DNA from: Octopus vulgaris | Lineage: Eukaryota | DNA length: 64,000 nt | Direction of reading: 5' to 3' | Assembly: GCA_951406725.2 (NCBI GenBank) | Contig: OX597833.1 | Location: 66,216,001 to 66,280,000, forward strand | In this document: in pieces, positions 11,170 to 26,242 of the stretch | How positions within the stretch are numbered: the stretch's first letter is position 1 | Layout of the letters: every line of letters begins with the position of its first letter | Program-made: the position numbers and the translations under genes | The notes under the pieces: model-generated | Told to the model about the DNA's origin: nothing | What the model saw: only the letters and a program-made list of their open reading frames with translations | Databases searched by the model: none

Positions 11170-12833
11170 GAAGTTCCGCTTTATAATGTCGGTTTATAGT
11201 AAAATCAATCGATTTCACGTTAAAACTGAAGGATTATTCGACAGTAACTTCGAAGTGCCGGCCTGCTTAGCCCCCGGAAAGGGGGGGGGGGAGATCCACA
11301 GGACGGTCACAGCTGGAACGACGTGAACGTACGGTATCCAAAGTGCCCTTCACTTCCTCTAAAGGTGTTGTTTCTAGTAAGTCGAGCGACTACTAAACGG
11401 ATTCGTAATAGTAGTTACTGATGTGTGTAAACCTGAGGTCAGGTATGATCCAACAAAACGAACATCTGATCAGCTCTAAAAGACGTTCCAGTCGTGACCA
11501 TCTTGTCTATTATAGATTAGACACGCAGTATACACCTCGAACTGCAATATCTACCGTTTATCCCCACCACCCCTTTTTTTCTTATTATTATTGTAAACCA
11601 TTATAATCACAGCCGGGATTTAGCTGCTATTTCTTTTTCATACACGGCTAGCAACCATGCTCGATCACAGGTGCTGTCATTGATGTTGTTGTTGTTATTG
11701 TATAAACCTCAGGTCAGCCTATAAACCAGCTTCGTGTTTTTCCTCTCGACACGATACAAGCTTCCAAGACCATACTGTACAAAATACTCGTATCTTTTAC
11801 CCTTTTTTTTCACGACAGATACGGTTTCGATTCCAGAAGGAAGACAATTTGACTGCTATTTCTTGCGGGGTCGATGCGACCGTCTAATTAAAGAAACCCC
11901 TCTCCTACCTGCTGTTTAGTTTACAGGTGTGTGTCGCGTTGTACATTTACAGAATTCTGTCGCAGCTTCTACCATAATTATTTATAATTAATTATCAATC
12001 TATCATTTGTAAAATTCTTTTTTGAGTTATAATATACTTCGATTTAAGATATATAAAACTGTACTTTAAGGTACTGTATTGAGTTCAAACTCAGGTTATT
12101 ACGAATATATATAAGGTACTACTATAAGGTACCTATAAATATATTAATTGCATACACGCATGAGGTTTGTTATACATACATAAAAGCAAAATTAAAAATT
12201 TGTAATTAATTAATAATTAAATTGAATTAAATTATAAATACTTACTTTAATCAGAAAATATAATAAGTCTAAAGTCTAATCCGAAGTAAGAATTTTCCCT
12301 CCAGCAAAAAAATCTTCTTGGCATTGTTGCATGTTGTAAAATAATAACAATATTGTCAATAAGGTAATTTGAGGTGTCAGGTTCGCGCCTTGCTGTGTGT
12401 AGTATATTTAAATAATATAGCAAGGTGCTTTCTCATTTTTTTTTCTTTTGTCACGTAGTTAGTTACGCAGTTTACTTGTTTTAATTATTATTCCACCTTC
12501 GAAGCCGACAAGTCGAAGAGGACAGATATTTTCGCACTAATTGAAATTGAGGGGGAAGTATATATAACAAACAAATATTTTTACACTGATTAATTAAATT
12601 AGGAAATAACACAGCAAAGTCTAGTTTTGTAATTAAAAAAGAAAAAAGCTGTTAAATATATTTATGATAATGTAATAATAATTATATATGAGAGATGTAT
12701 CTTTTAGCAGTAACTGGAATTATATTAATGATGAGAGACCATGAGAGAAGAGAAGAGAAGTAGAAATATTTTAAGAGAAATTCTGGCAGAGTAGAAATAA
12801 AACAGGTCAGATAGACATCATCTCTCTGCTACC

Positions 12834-12865
<32 letters not shown>

Positions 12866-13473
12866 TTCTTTCTTTCTTTCTCTCTCTCTCACTCATTCAT
12901 ACATTCTCTCCTCTCTCATTGCCGCGTGCGTATTTTCCCCCCTCTCATTACAACTAGCATTTTCTCGGTCACCCTCCCTCTCACTACCTCATGTGTATAT
13001 TCACTCACTCACTCACTGTCTCTCCTCTCCCTCTCTCTTTTATTCACATACGCTCTCTCCCTCCCTCTCTCGTTTCTCCCCCTCATTCACAATCCTATGT
13101 AGTTTCACTCTCCCTCCCTTTCTCATTCTCACACACTATCTCCTCTCTCTCTCTCTGATTTTCGTATATCCTCACACTTCTCCCTCTCTCTCTCTCTCTC
13201 ACACATGGTGTACTTTCACTCTCTCACTCACACATTCGTATATTTTACCCCTCTCTCTCTTATCCACTCGTGCGTTGTCATCCGGTTTCGCACATGTATT
13301 AGCGTGTATGTATATATAATATATATATACACTAAATTTTTCGTATTTTCAATAAAATGTATAACAATCTTGGTCGTTGTAGAAATAATAATAGCTAAAT
13401 ATAATAACAGAAAGGAGAACAAAGGCAACATTGAATGAAAAAAGAGGTTAAAAAGAAAAAAAAGTACCACATA

Positions 13474-14710
13474 CGAGACGATATCAAAAGGCTCCCCCCC
13501 GGACTACTTCTGTAGCGCGCCAACAGATGACAGCACACGGTTGTACGTGAGGTGAGAGCTAGCAGTGACCTTCATGGGGCAGTGTGCTGAGTGACATTGC
13601 CGTGTTTCACTTTGCCAAGTTGTGAAATTTGTGCTTTTGTGGTCACGCGTATGGCTGTAGTCTGCGATTTTTTGTCACGGACAGGAAGTTGGAACAAAAA
13701 AAAGCCAACGTGATATTTTCCGTTGAATTTGGGAAGTCTGCTACGGAGAGGCATTGAATATATTTCGGTAATGGGTCGTACGCAAGGTTTCGAAAGCAGA
13801 AGAACCTCTCTGGGTGATCTGGAAGACTTGCCACGAAGGTGACCCCCGAAAATATGGGGGGAAATTTATAAACTTGTGTATGAGGATCGTCGGGGACAAT
13901 CAACGACATTGCTGATGTTGCAGGTCTGTCGTATGGGTCCGAGCAGGCAATCCTAACGTCTGAATTGAAAATGCGGCCGGCGTGTCTCTGCTAAGTTTGT
14001 TCCTAGAACATCGTGTCGAAGTCTGTCAAGATCTCCGTCAGCGTGTCACTGATGACCCATCTTTCATGTCGAGGGTCATCACCGGTGACGAGAGTTGGGT
14101 CAACGGATACGACCCTGAGACGAAGCAGCAGTCGTCACAATGGAAGAGGCCTTTCTTTCCACGACCGAAGAAGGCATAACAGAGCCGTAGCTTAATCAAG
14201 AGCTTGCTCATTTTTCCCTTTTTTCCTACATCCGCGGTATTGTGCGTCCCCCAGGGTCAGACCGTCAATCGAAAGTTCTACTGCGGCGTTTGAGGAGGGG
14301 ACATCTAGCAAAACCGACAGGATCTGTGGGGCGCGGATTGGATTCCTCACGACAATGCATCCTGTCACCGAGTTCTCCTCACTCGTGAATTTCTCGCCAA
14401 AAACAACAGGGTATCGCTTCTGCACCCGTCCTACCCGCCTGAGTTAGCACCTACGAACTTTCCATCTCTTCCCCCAAAATGGAAATGCAGCTCAAAGGTC
14501 GTCGTTTTAACACCGTTGTCGAAATCCGGAGCGAATCGCTCGTCCTCGACTCGCTTACGGAAAACGACTTCCAGGCCCTATTCCAAAAGTGGCAGGAACG
14601 CCGGGACGGGTGTAGTGCTGCGCAAGGTTACTATTTCGAATGAAATTATGTTAAAACTTAGGTAAACGAGTTATTTTTTTTTAGCCCGGGATCTTTTTGG
14701 TACCACCTCG
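13474..14710 (+). mobile_element. Full-length mariner (Tc1/mariner) element with a frameshifted transposase pseudogene
   Basis: TA flanks at 13472 and 14711; imperfect TIRs cgagacgatatcaaaagg / ctttttggtaccacctcg; motifs ITGDESWVNGYDPETKQQSSQWK, HDNASCH and HPSYPPELAP (YSPDLAP-like); ~1.24 kb. Confidence 0.92.
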
Positions 14711-17700
14711 TACAGTGACTCGTCTTAATTATAAAAACGAGGTTTATTAAATATAAACCAATTTTTCCTTCAAGAACAAACACTCAAAAAATCTATCTAA
14801 TTTAGGCATTGACGATACCATTAATTTACTATAAAAATTTATATACATTTACGTCTATTTACCTGTGTGGAAAATTGGTATAAAAGACAGGTTACATCAT
14901 GTGTTGTGTAATGAAATCGTCAACAAATTCTTTTTTCGTTTAGATTTCCTGACTTTTAGATTCTCGCTTTATTTCTTGGATTTTCGTAAATAGAAATCGA
15001 TCCTGAAAAATAAAAACTGTCAAATAAAAGGGGATTTTTTAAAAGGCAATTTGTAAATAATTCCAGTTAGACTTTATAACAGATGTATATGAATATTATG
15101 TGAACTTATATATTCAATATGCGTACCCTGTCATCATATATATATAGCAATAAAAATAAATTGTGTGGTTGGATCTAATATGACTAATGACAGAATTCCT
15201 TTGCATTCTTTTACAAAGAAGTGAAAAAATTTATTGTATCTTACATCCAGGTCTCTGTTTTATTCCCTGTCTTTCTTGACCGACAAAAGCAAAGAGGGAG
15301 GAAAAAAAACTGCATAGATAATATATTTATATATAAAGAAGAATTGAACAAAAGCAACTTGAAGGCTATCCTCTATCCTGTCACCTTCCTGCTCTGCATG
15401 TAATTCAGGTCTGAAGTATATATATTCCAGTTGTAAAAAACTGACCAAATGGCTGAAGAAGAAGAACGAACGCCTAGCAACAGAGTCTAGCTTTATTCCA
15501 TTGTCGAACAATGCACAAATACTAATAACACTTCCATTCTTTCAACGAATGAAAAAGAAATATCCATAACCTGCTGCTAAATTAATTCGTCAGTGACCTG
15601 ATAATGGCTTAGGTTAGATATGAGTAATAATAATAATAATGATAATGATGATAATGATAATTATAGTCAGTGTTTGAAGAGGAAGAATTTGTAGTCAAAA
15701 TAAAATACTTAGAAGTATTATTTCTTTATTTTATCAATAATTCTTCCTGCTGCTTTTATTTTGGTGTAATGAATGGAGAATCTGTTAAAATAAGCCAAAA
15801 TGTTAGACCGAAAATAAGCAAAACTATTCGTTAATTAAATTAAAATTATCCATGTTGAATTCTAAATATTTGCAGTGCGACTATTAATTGCTTGATTGCT
15901 TGTTTTCGTTTTTATTTTTCGTTATTTTTTTTATTTAATTCGTTAGCAAAAGAATTCGCGAACTATTAAAGACTGTTATTTTTAAACACCAGGTCAATCC
16001 TGATGAGTAAAACATCTAATATGATCAAAGCACCTTTCAACCACGACCATCCATATAATTTGCCTTCCTTCTCTATAACTGAATGTGTCCTTTATTTAAG
16101 ACAAGGGTACGATTTTCCTTAAGTGAGAAGGAAGAGATGTATAATTACTGCTCTTTCTAGCAGGTCGTTTGACTTATAATAAGTCATCGTAACACGAACC
16201 ATTTGCCTCAACAAGACGGTGTTTCAATTATTTAATTACTGGCAAGAAATAAATCAGATATATTTTTATGGTGAAATTACATCGCTTTCAGATTTATTTA
16301 TAAATACACAAAATATAGAACTAGTGACATTGGTGACTTCTTGTAGTAATAAGGAACAAGTCTTTCTAAAATATTTTATAACCTTGACGTCCCACGAAAG
16401 TTTTAGGTGACCGTGTGAGGAAAAACGAGGGAAATTAACCAAATCGGGGCTGGTTTTCGTTTAAAATAAAATCCTTTCAGCTTTAAAACCTACTCGTTCT
16501 ATAAAAAAAAAGGGATATTAAATGATAATCTAATTCCAAATATAATCTGGATTTAAAACGAAACGGGGATCGTCAAAGCTGAAATGCAATTTGAGAAGAA
16601 CGAACTTATATTAATTATTATAATATTGATGTTTTTTATTACCCACATGGGGCCAACAAAGAGGGGACAATACAATCTGATTTTGGGGTCAGATCCGGGA
16701 AAAATTATACAAAAAAATTACATTAGAAATTTTACAGAAATAAGAAATTATAATGAAATCGAATAATATTAATTATTTTGCGGGAAAACATAACAATCAG
16801 TTCGATTGGTTTTTTTAAATGTAAAACATTAATTTCTATTTAAAAAATCAACTCCGATTGTCCGTTATGAAGGTACATTAAGTGACAATCCAATTCCAGA
16901 AACGACGAGATGGTCACTAATTGATAGAAATGTCTATGGTCACTAACTGGTAGAAATGTCTATTTCTCACAGATCTGCCTGAGTGATCAGCGCTGACCTG
17001 GAGTCGAACAACAAACCTACAACAGGTTATTTATATATAATAATAATAATATTAATAAAAAACTGAATGGGAAAATAATATAATGGATTCATATTTTAAC
17101 ATTTACTATTCACACTTAATGTGTACAGTGGAAGTTAATTTATTCTGATCCGAGACCATTAAAAAGCAACATTAAACAAGGTCTATAGCAATATTGAGGG
17201 CATGTGCTTTGGGGAAACGTATTTTGCTAACAGATGACTATACCAGTTTCATTAAGTAGGTGATTCTAAGAAATCTGTAACTATAATGTTTGCCTGTGTG
17301 TGTATATATCATGTATACACAATAATATATAGTTCATATCTTTCTCAGTAGCATGTTATGTTTATAATTTCAAAGCAAGCTTTTACAACGGAACTAAAGA
17401 ATTAAGTTTAATTTAAGAAGTTACAAACTACAAAATTATGTATATAATTAAGAGGGAAAAAAACCCTATTAAGTAATTTAATTGATAGTGAAAGATATAT
17501 CTATATTAAATCATATAGAAAGAATTAAATATAGGCGATGTAATATTATAATAAATATTATTCTAAAAATCACTAAATTGTATTCCCTACGATTAATTAT
17601 ATATATATGTATATATATAGGTTCAAATTTAATATAATTTAATAATATATAGGTTCGAATTTTTAATATAACATTAATTATAAAAAGTTATTTATAAACA

Positions 17701-18362
17701 TGCGACAGGTTTGGGAAAAAAAATAATAAAGCGGAATCAATTTCCATAATTATAGTTTAAAAAATTCAGTAATTAACGCGTACAGTTTGTACTATGTTAA
17801 TCTACAATCTAATTAAAATTTTGAAATATGTGGGATTAATTAAGTTGTTGAGGTAATGAGATGAGCCCACGGTTGTTTTTAAATTTCCATCAGTCCCCCT
17901 ATGAAGATTTTGGCGGCATCAAAAGATCTTAATATTTACTTTGGGTTCATTCAATTAATTTGCCACGTTTCTAATTATGTACTTTTATCTCTAATAAATC
18001 TTTCTTTAAACATGTAACCAGTGGCAGGCAGGTTCTATAAAGTCGCTGTAATTAGTAAAAATAACAGCTAAATCTCCCTTAATTCACTTAGAGCCCCCCA
18101 AAAAGGTAAAAAAAAGGGAGTGATACATTAGATAATGTGGTTCTAGATGGACTTTATCCGAAAACAAGGCAGGAAAATCAGAACTGAACCATCGAAATCT
18201 AATTGAAACGGAAGCGTTGACCTTGGGCTAAAAATCTTTTGGACACGTTTTCTATTAGTTCATTAGCATAATAATTTAATGATTTCCTCCTCGAAAAATA
18301 TAATACAATCTAGTTTGAGTTTTATTTATAAATCTATGTAATTATTATTAAAACTTTTAAGT

Positions 18363-19205
18363 AAGGCGGTAAACTGATACAATGGCTATGCGTCGATCAA
18401 AATGCTTGACGGTATTTCTTTTACGTTAGCTGAGTTCAAATTCCGCCGAGGTCGACTTTGCCTTTCATCCTTTCGGGGTCGATTAAATAAGTACCAGTTT
18501 TGTCTGTCCTTGTTTGTCCTCTCTGTGTTTAGCCCCTTGTGGGTAATAAAGAAACAGGTATTTCTTTTACGACAACTTCCGCCGAGGTCGATTTTGCCTT
18601 TCATCCTTTCGGGATCGATAAATTAAGTACCAGTTAAGCACTGGAGTCGATGTAATCGACTTAATACCTATATCTGTCCTTGTTTGTCCCCTCTATGTTT
18701 AGCCCCTTGTGGGTAATAAAGAAATAGGTATTTCTTTTACGACAAATTCCGCCGAGGTCGATTTTGCCTTTCATCCTTTCGGGATCGATAAATTAAGTAC
18801 CAGTTAAGCACTGGAGTCGATGTAATCGACTTAATACCTATATCTGTCCTTGTTTGTCCCCTCTATGTTTAGCCCCTTGTGGGTAATAAAGAAATAGGTA
18901 TTTCTTTTACGACAAATTCCGCCGAGGTCGATTTTGCCTTTCGTCCTTTCGGGGTCGATTAAATAAGTACCAGTTACGCACTGAGGTCGATATAATCGAC
19001 TTAATCCGTTTGTCTGTCCTTGTTTGTCCCCTCTGTGTTTAGCCCCTTGTAGGTGGTAAAGAAATAGGTATTTCTTTTACGTTAGCTGAGTTCAAATTCT
19101 GCCGAGGCCAACTTTGTATTTTATCCTCCCCGGGTCGATAAAATAAGTACCAGCTGAACACTGAGGATCGATGTAATCGCTTGGCCCTCTTCCCCAAAAT
19201 TTTGG
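18363..19205 (+). mobile_element. Multimeric SINE family M: one head plus 5 body units
   Basis: Units begin ggtatttc at 18411, 18557, 18727, 18897 and 19067; conserved gcctttcatcctttcggggtcgataaattaagtaccag domain (Meta/Sauria-SINE-like). Confidence 0.85.
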
Positions 19206-19697
19206 ACTGGACTGGACTGGACTGGTACTTTAATTTATCGACCGCAAAGGGATTTGAACTCGGAACGAAAACAAAAACCAAAAAACAAGGATTGATACAT
19301 TAGATGAAATAGTCTATGCTACCCTTAAAACAACGGGATGGTCGCGGCTGGAATGCTTTTAGTCGTAAGTCTTTCCGATCAACATTGGTTTTGGACTAAA
19401 CAGCAATAACTTCCATTTTTAAAAACACGAGCTAATGAGTTGACCTCTATTAGAAATGGCAATCAAATCCCCCTTAAGATATACCACACTCGATGATGTA
19501 ATCCCCCTTATACTATGCCTTAAAAACAGAGACGCAATACCTTTTTAGGACTTTACGGTCGGAGGTCGACCTGAGGCTAACTCAAAATTTAGAAATTCAT
19601 TATAAATTGCTACTTTAATTAAAATTTTAGTAGCAATCCCGCAAACATAAAATAACTACTTAGCGCATTAATTATTCGTTTTACTTTTCATTTTATA

Positions 19698-19860
19698 CAG
19701 GTGTGGATGTGTGGTAAGAAGCCAACTCCCCAGTCACATAGTTCTGGGTTCAGTCCCACTGTGTGGCACCTTGGGCAAGTGTCTTCTATTATAGCCTTGG
19801 GCTGACCAAAGCTTTGTGAGTGGATTTGGTAGACGGAAACTGAAAGAAGCCCATCGTATA
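19698..19860 (+). mobile_element. SINE family A, 5' half
   Basis: Head through aaagaagcccatcgta. Confidence 0.8.
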
Positions 19861-20879
19861 TATGTATATATATATTAAACATTTTTTAGTTACCTAGAAA
19901 TTATGTTAATAACTGCCGTTCAAACCGAAAAGATTCATTAAAATATTTTAATCAGAAGAAATTAATCCATTAGAGAGAGGAAAGAGAAAATTTAATATGA
20001 ATTTAAAAATCTAACGCATTATTATGCTTATCTCACGAGTGTCAAAATGATTTTAGGATAGACACTTAGATAACATCACACATGGCTCCCGAACTTAAAT
20101 GGCTTTTATTTTATAGACTCCTCAACAAATGAGGCAAACACTGAGTCATAACTAATTACCATTTACCCCTAAAAATTATTAAACATTTTTTTGTCCTTCA
20201 TTAATAGTTTCCGACTTAAGCTATAAGACCAACCAGTTTTGAAGAGGGTATCCGTTGACACCATTGACCTCGCTACTTGTACTGTTTTATGGACCTCAGA
20301 CGGTTGAAAGGCAAAATTGACCTTGTCGTGATGAACTCAGCCCTTTTCTTCCTTTTATTAATGACAAAGTAAAATTCGTTTGACCTTCGTATGACTCCTC
20401 TTTTTTCATCAAGATGTTAGATGAGTTTTAAAAGTTTAGGATATTTTCGTTTTGACGGGCAAATTTTTTAAATAATTGATTGGTTGAAATTGCCGAAATG
20501 CAAGAAATTAGACAACAAATAGCTTACAAACTACAGAATTTTCTCAAGAAAGCCAAGAGAAAAAGATGTTTTATAAACACATTCTACCAGTATACGAAGT
20601 TTAACAGTGTTTAGTTACAAAGAAATTATTTTAAAAATCTGCCGGGCAAAGCGAAAAAAACCAAAGTTTACAAACCTAACTGAATTTCATTGAAAATGGA
20701 AGTTTATTTGTCCACACCCTTACAACCCAATTCCTGTGAGAAACACTACCTTAAACTATTCTAAAAATCTAACAAATTATTAGGGTTCTGCTTAAATACT
20801 TCAAAATCACTAATTCAGAAAACTTAATTTTAAGTTGAAATTATAATTTTATGAAATTTAAAGATTAAAAATATTTTTG

Positions 20880-21775
20880 GAAATGGAAAATAATAATAAT
20901 AAGTAATTCCATTATGAAGCTAGAACAAAGATAATCTAATTAAAATTCTACTGAATATAACAAGTGGATTCTCCTCAGGTTTTTATTAAAACGGACCAAG
21001 GGGGACATTTTCTTAACACTAAAAATTGGACGCTAAAAATTGTCTCCCTTGAAATGGCGGAATTTTTTTTTCTGGAAATATTTTCTTTAAAATATTTAAT
21101 ACATTCCTTTCATCTTGCAATTTCTCCAACCTGTATCAAGTTTCTGTTAATATCTTAATTTAGTGGACATTATTAATGACTGGGATTTAGTATTGACAGA
21201 ATTTTCTGTCATAAATTTGTGTCAGAATAAAGTAGATTCATGAAAAGCAAACCCAAAGCACCATGATTTATTTATATTACGTAGCATTAAATAGATCGAG
21301 GTAAATATTCTCAATTGGTCTATTGACATGCTAAAAATAGCTGCTAAAGCTGTTTTAAATTACATATTAGAGTCTTCAGAGGAAGGACATTTGATAATGA
21401 GGTATGGGAAAAATAAAATCAGGATGGGCAAGGCTGGAGCGCTTGATTAAGGTTAAGCATAACAAAACCATGGAACATGGAAAGGCGCCAAAATTGCTGC
21501 AGTAAAATCTAAAATAAACGACACAATGTCAACATGAATATAATTTTGTGCTTATCATTAGATGAAAGTTTTTCAGGAAAACTATATTGTAAAACATTCA
21601 GACAATTTTTCAACAATTTGATGCTGTTTTAACGTCAACTTTTTAACGTCTGCTTTAATCAAATAGACATGACGACATTTGCACAAATTTCACAATCATA
21701 AAGTGCCTCGTCTCTCTGTGAAGCTATGAGGTGCATTATTTTGTATTATAGTATTATAGAGTGTGTGTGTATGTC

Positions 21776-21809
<34 letters not shown>

Positions 21810-22016
21810 TATATACTGAAGTGGTAAGATTTTCAGCAAATAGCAAAAAATAGGAAAGCACTCGATCAGGTAACAGCTTGATAAATGGTGAAATAAATTA
21901 ATATTTCGGCCAGGAAACCCTGGGAAGCTGTATTTCATTAGGGATTTTATGGTTATTTTTATTATATATATATATATAAATATATATGGATGTTTTGCGT
22001 TCTTGTCCCATTTTTG

Positions 22017-22095
<79 letters not shown>

Positions 22096-22700
22096 AAGAG
22101 AGAAGCAGGCAGGCATTTTCTGTCCAAATGGTTTTATCGATTCCTTTGCAGCTTGGACTATTTTGTAATTCTCTCTGTTCGATTATGTAACAGTCTGCTT
22201 CTCTTCAATATTCATTCCTAATAAAAATAATTTGCTGAAATCAAACGAAATACTACCATATTTTTATATTCATTTAATACAACATTTACTTCAAAGAATC
22301 CCTAGTAAAGGATCCTTTAACCTGAAGCCTTTTAAAATCAGGGAATGACGAAATATTAAAATACATTTTCATATATTTCTTAGGTCGCCGTCGTATTTTC
22401 CCTTCCAACAGAGAATGATGTTATGACTAAAATATTCATGTCATTTCTACTACCATACAAGATTTTAATTAATCATACCACGACCGGTATTCATTATTCC
22501 CAAGTCCGTTTTGTATTATAGAAACATCATGGCTATGTGTCTTTAATTTTAATAAAACTAAATAAAAATGCGTTACGCTTAAGAATTCATTTCGTTGTCC
22601 ATTGTTGATTGTTTTACCTTACAGCATATTTATTTGGCTGTTAGATCTAGCAACAAGTTGAACATCTAAACCAGCAGTTCCCATAGCAGTCGTCAGCACC
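20880..22700 (+). repeat. Left arm of a large inverted duplication
   Basis: Reverse complement matches 34860-35737 (close), 32722-32866 and 32300-32715 (more diverged). Confidence 0.9.
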
Positions 22701-23368
22701 ATTGCTCCCATTATAGCTAACAGGGATCACTTTGTTGCTGATGAGGGAGCTGTAAGGGAAATTATTTCGAAGGAAGGCGTAGAATTTATTGTTAGCCTGT
22801 CTTAGATAAAATACTTTTTCTTCAATATTGTCGTGTGACCCAGTCTTTCTTCTAAGTTATTGTCGTCTGCGACAAATCGGTCTCGATCGAATAGACTGCT
22901 AACGAAAGACATTTCATTTTTTTTATATTTTTGCTCCACATTTAGTACAGCCAGGACTGCATTATTCAAAAAGCCCTTCTATTTTTTTTTTAAAGACAGC
23001 AAGCTATGATTTGATAGATATTTGACTGCTGTTTCTAGCTATCCCAGCGATCACGAGGAGAAAGTATGGGAAAACTTTTCAAAATGCTGTTACAAGTTTA
23101 TAGCGGGAGGCGTCATATCTGCAACGTAGCCATGATGAAAAAATAATGAATCTTTAATTACATAAATTCTTTTCTGAAAATTCTGTTACATTTTGGATGA
23201 AACTTTTTTTAAATATATTTTTAAGCATTTTGACAGCGAACTGGTTCAAACTTTAAATGTAGCCTACATTTTTTCCTCGCTTGCCAAGCTTCCTTCCTCG
23301 TCTCTGATACGAAAATTATATTCGTTGAAGACACGCTAGAAAGGTTTAATGAAAAAAACTGGACAGTA

Positions 23369-23863
23369 CTGTAAATCCTCGAGTATAGTCCGCCCTTGAG
23401 TATAATACGCAGGGGATTTTTAGGGGGCTGTACCTCTGAAAAACCTAAACCTTGTATATAATACGCACCCCTTCTCTAACTTGAGTCAAGGAGTTCTATA
23501 TAATGTCCTTCGTTTGTAAAAATGTATACAGTAACGTCCTTTATTATTATTGTATACACAACATAATGCAAACGTGTAGCTTTTTTGTGCATTTTGTTTG
23601 CAGAAAATAAAGAAATAACAGTAATAACGTTTAATAAATGTTGCGTATTGCAAGTTATGGATGATTCTTTTATGACTTCATTGCTTTCAGGCTTAGCTTA
23701 AGGTATTTTCGAGCCCAACATCACAAAATGCGTCTGAATAAACATTGCCGAACATTGCTTAGAAAATAATTTTTATTTTTAACCTCGTATATAGTACGCA
23801 CTAGGGATTTTGACCTTTAAATTTTTTGGGGGGAAAATGCGGATTATACTCGAGGATTTACGG
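23369..23863. mobile_element. pogo/Tc2-like MITE
   Basis: TIRs ctgtaaatcctcgagtatagtccgc / gcggattatactcgaggatttacgg; preceded by TA. Confidence 0.75.
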
Positions 23864-24149
23864 TTAACGTGAAAAGTTTGAGAATCAGACACCCTAAAGC
23901 TCTTCTTGTATTAACATAACTGAGTTGGACCATAATGAATATCATAAGCGACGAAACTTGTTTCTCATTATTTTTGACTCTTTGTTTTTTCATCAAGAGA
24001 TAGTTAATCACTTTGATATTAGAATTCCATGGAGGTTACATCTGAGCTGTGTAACCAGGTCCTTGAGCTTTGTATCTGAAATGTAACAATCATTGCAATA
24101 TTTTTCCATGATACATAAGAATACTTTAGAAAATACATAAGAATACTTT

Positions 24150-24252
24150 AGAAAAAACGAAGATTGATGCCATTGTTGTAGATTTTGGCCAAGTATTTTC
24201 TACCACAATCTTGGGTAAACAAACGCCTTCTAAGAAAATTAGAAGCTTACAC
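24150..24252 (+). pseudogene. Highly decayed CR1-like reverse transcriptase fragment
   Basis: IDAIVVDFGQVF...NKRLLRKLEAY (with a frameshift) resembles the RT motif DAIYLDFSKAFD..H.RLL.KL.AY. Confidence 0.45.
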
Positions 24253-25010
24253 AGGGACCACATCTGTTCCTTCCTTATGTAGTAGACATAATCCATCACC
24301 CAGTCTTAAAACCACACCTCTTTTTTTCCATTTTTTCCTTTCTATCTCTTTTTATAAGTGCCGTTGCCAGTACCGCCTGGCTGGCCCTCGTACCGGTGGC
24401 ACGTAAAAGCATCCACTACACTCTCGGAGTGGTTGGCGTTAGGAAGGGCATCCAGCTGTAGAAACTCTGCCAGATCAGATTGGAGCTTGGTGCAGCGATC
24501 TGGTTCGCCAGTCCATAGTCAAATCGTCCAACCCATGCTAGCATGGAAAGCGGACGTTAAACGATGATGATTACAAGGTTATGGAGAGAGTGTTCCTGAG
24601 ACAAGAAAAATAATAAATCTTTAATTACACTGTATACACAAATTCTTATCTACAAGCTAGCATATGTGACCTTTAGTTTATTCAGAACCTTTGAGACTAG
24701 CTGGAAGAAAGGAAGGAGCTATCATCAACCCAAAATCCTGGTACTTGTGTGCCTTCAGAAAAATGCACGCTGCTGTTGGTAAACATCTGAGCTAGGTCTT
24801 TAAGGTGAAGCTTTGAATAGAGCTGAGTGTGTGTGGACCTTCCTCCATTTAAATAAACAAAAATGACAAACAATGAAAAACATGATAGAAACTAGGTTAG
24901 TTAAAATATGTTTGTGACATATTTTAAGTAAAGTTACAGCTTTGAATCTGCTCAGGGTCATCTCTCTTCGGTATTTCTCAATGAGGAAAGCTACAGAGAC
25001 AGAAACACAC

Positions 25011-25964
25011 ATCTGGCTCTGTAGTACAGATGTCTTGTTTTCATAAGTTTTGAATTAAAATCTTCCACCAAACCTTAGTCACAATTTATGTTCCTAACAC
25101 CAGCTTAATGATAACTAAGTTATTTTACTAAATTCTTTACTATATTTAAAATTAATTGAAAGAAACACAGAGCATCTCAAATTAAATACAGTAATGAAAG
25201 GATTAAAATATACGATAGAGAAACAATCCTTAACCCTTTTTATACCAATCCGACTGAAACTGCCTCTGGCTCTGAAGTACAAATGTCTTGTTTTCATAAG
25301 TTTTGAATTAAAATCTTCCACCAAACCTTAATCACAATTTATGTTCCTAACACTAGCTGAATGATAACTAAGTTACTTTACTAAATTCTTTGTAATATTT
25401 AAAATTAATTGAAAGAAACACAGAGTATCTCAAAATAAATACAGTAACGAAAGGGTTAAAAAATATAACAGAGAAACAATTCTTAACCCTTTTTATACCA
25501 ACCTGCCTGAAACCACTTCTGGCTCTGTAGTACAGATGTCTTATTTTCATAAGTTTTGAATTAAAATCTTCCACCCAACCTTATTTACAACCTATGTTCC
25601 TAACACTAGCTTGAGGATAACTAAGTTCTGTTGTGTCTGGGGAGAGTCATTTTCTTTTTTTGCCATATAATGTAACACACTCACCGGTAAAATTTCCACT
25701 TATTTCTTATTTTTATTTTCCTAAAATTTTCGTTGTGTCTTGCAACATTTTCAATAGTCTTGACTCTTAAGGCACAAAAAGAAAATGACTCTCCCCAGAC
25801 ACAACAGAATATGCTTCAACACACGAACTCATATAAAGAATCTTGCAAACCAAATCCAAAAACGAAAAATATCTAATTTATTTTACTAAATTCTTTGTTA
25901 TATTTGAAATTAGTTGAAAGAAACACAGAGCATCTCAAATTAAATACAGTAACGAAAGGGTTAA
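25011..25964. mobile_element. Tandem array of piggyBac-like MITEs (~222 bp), 3 copies
   Basis: TTAA-CCCTTT...AAAGGG-TTAA at 25230-25459 and 25483-25964. The third copy is interrupted at ~25626-25875. Confidence 0.8.
25626..25875. mobile_element. Foldback insertion (probably Penelope-derived) inside a MITE
   Basis: Inverted arms ttctgttgtgtctggggagagtcattttc / gaaaatgactctccccagacacaacagaa; degenerate hammerhead-like fold on the minus strand at ~25720-25762. Confidence 0.55.
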
Positions 25965-26242
25965 TTTCGTGCTTCATTAACAATCTCATTATGTATGAAT
26001 CTTACAGCTACTGATATAGGTGTGACATGGACTATAGAACTACATGGGATCATCCTGTCTCAAGAGGTTATGGTACCAGGGTTTGTTTTGGTTCTTCAGA
26101 TGTCACTGGTTACCAACACATCACAGGAGATTAAGCAGACAGTTCAAAAACATGGGAGGTCAGCCAAATAAAGTAATAGCTCCAGAAAGTTCTTCCAAGG
26201 GTATGTGATTAACAAAAGAAAGAGATTCGACTTCTAGAGTAC

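Noticed and set aside
15221-15580. KAILYPVTFLLC and a basic tail reminiscent of a GPCR-like C-terminus
   Set aside because: Too short, broken by stops and frameshifts, and no further transmembrane segments were found.
21895-21950. Hammerhead-like motif on the minus strand (ctaatga...ccagg/cctgg..gaaa)
   Set aside because: The core is mutated and the stem register is poor.
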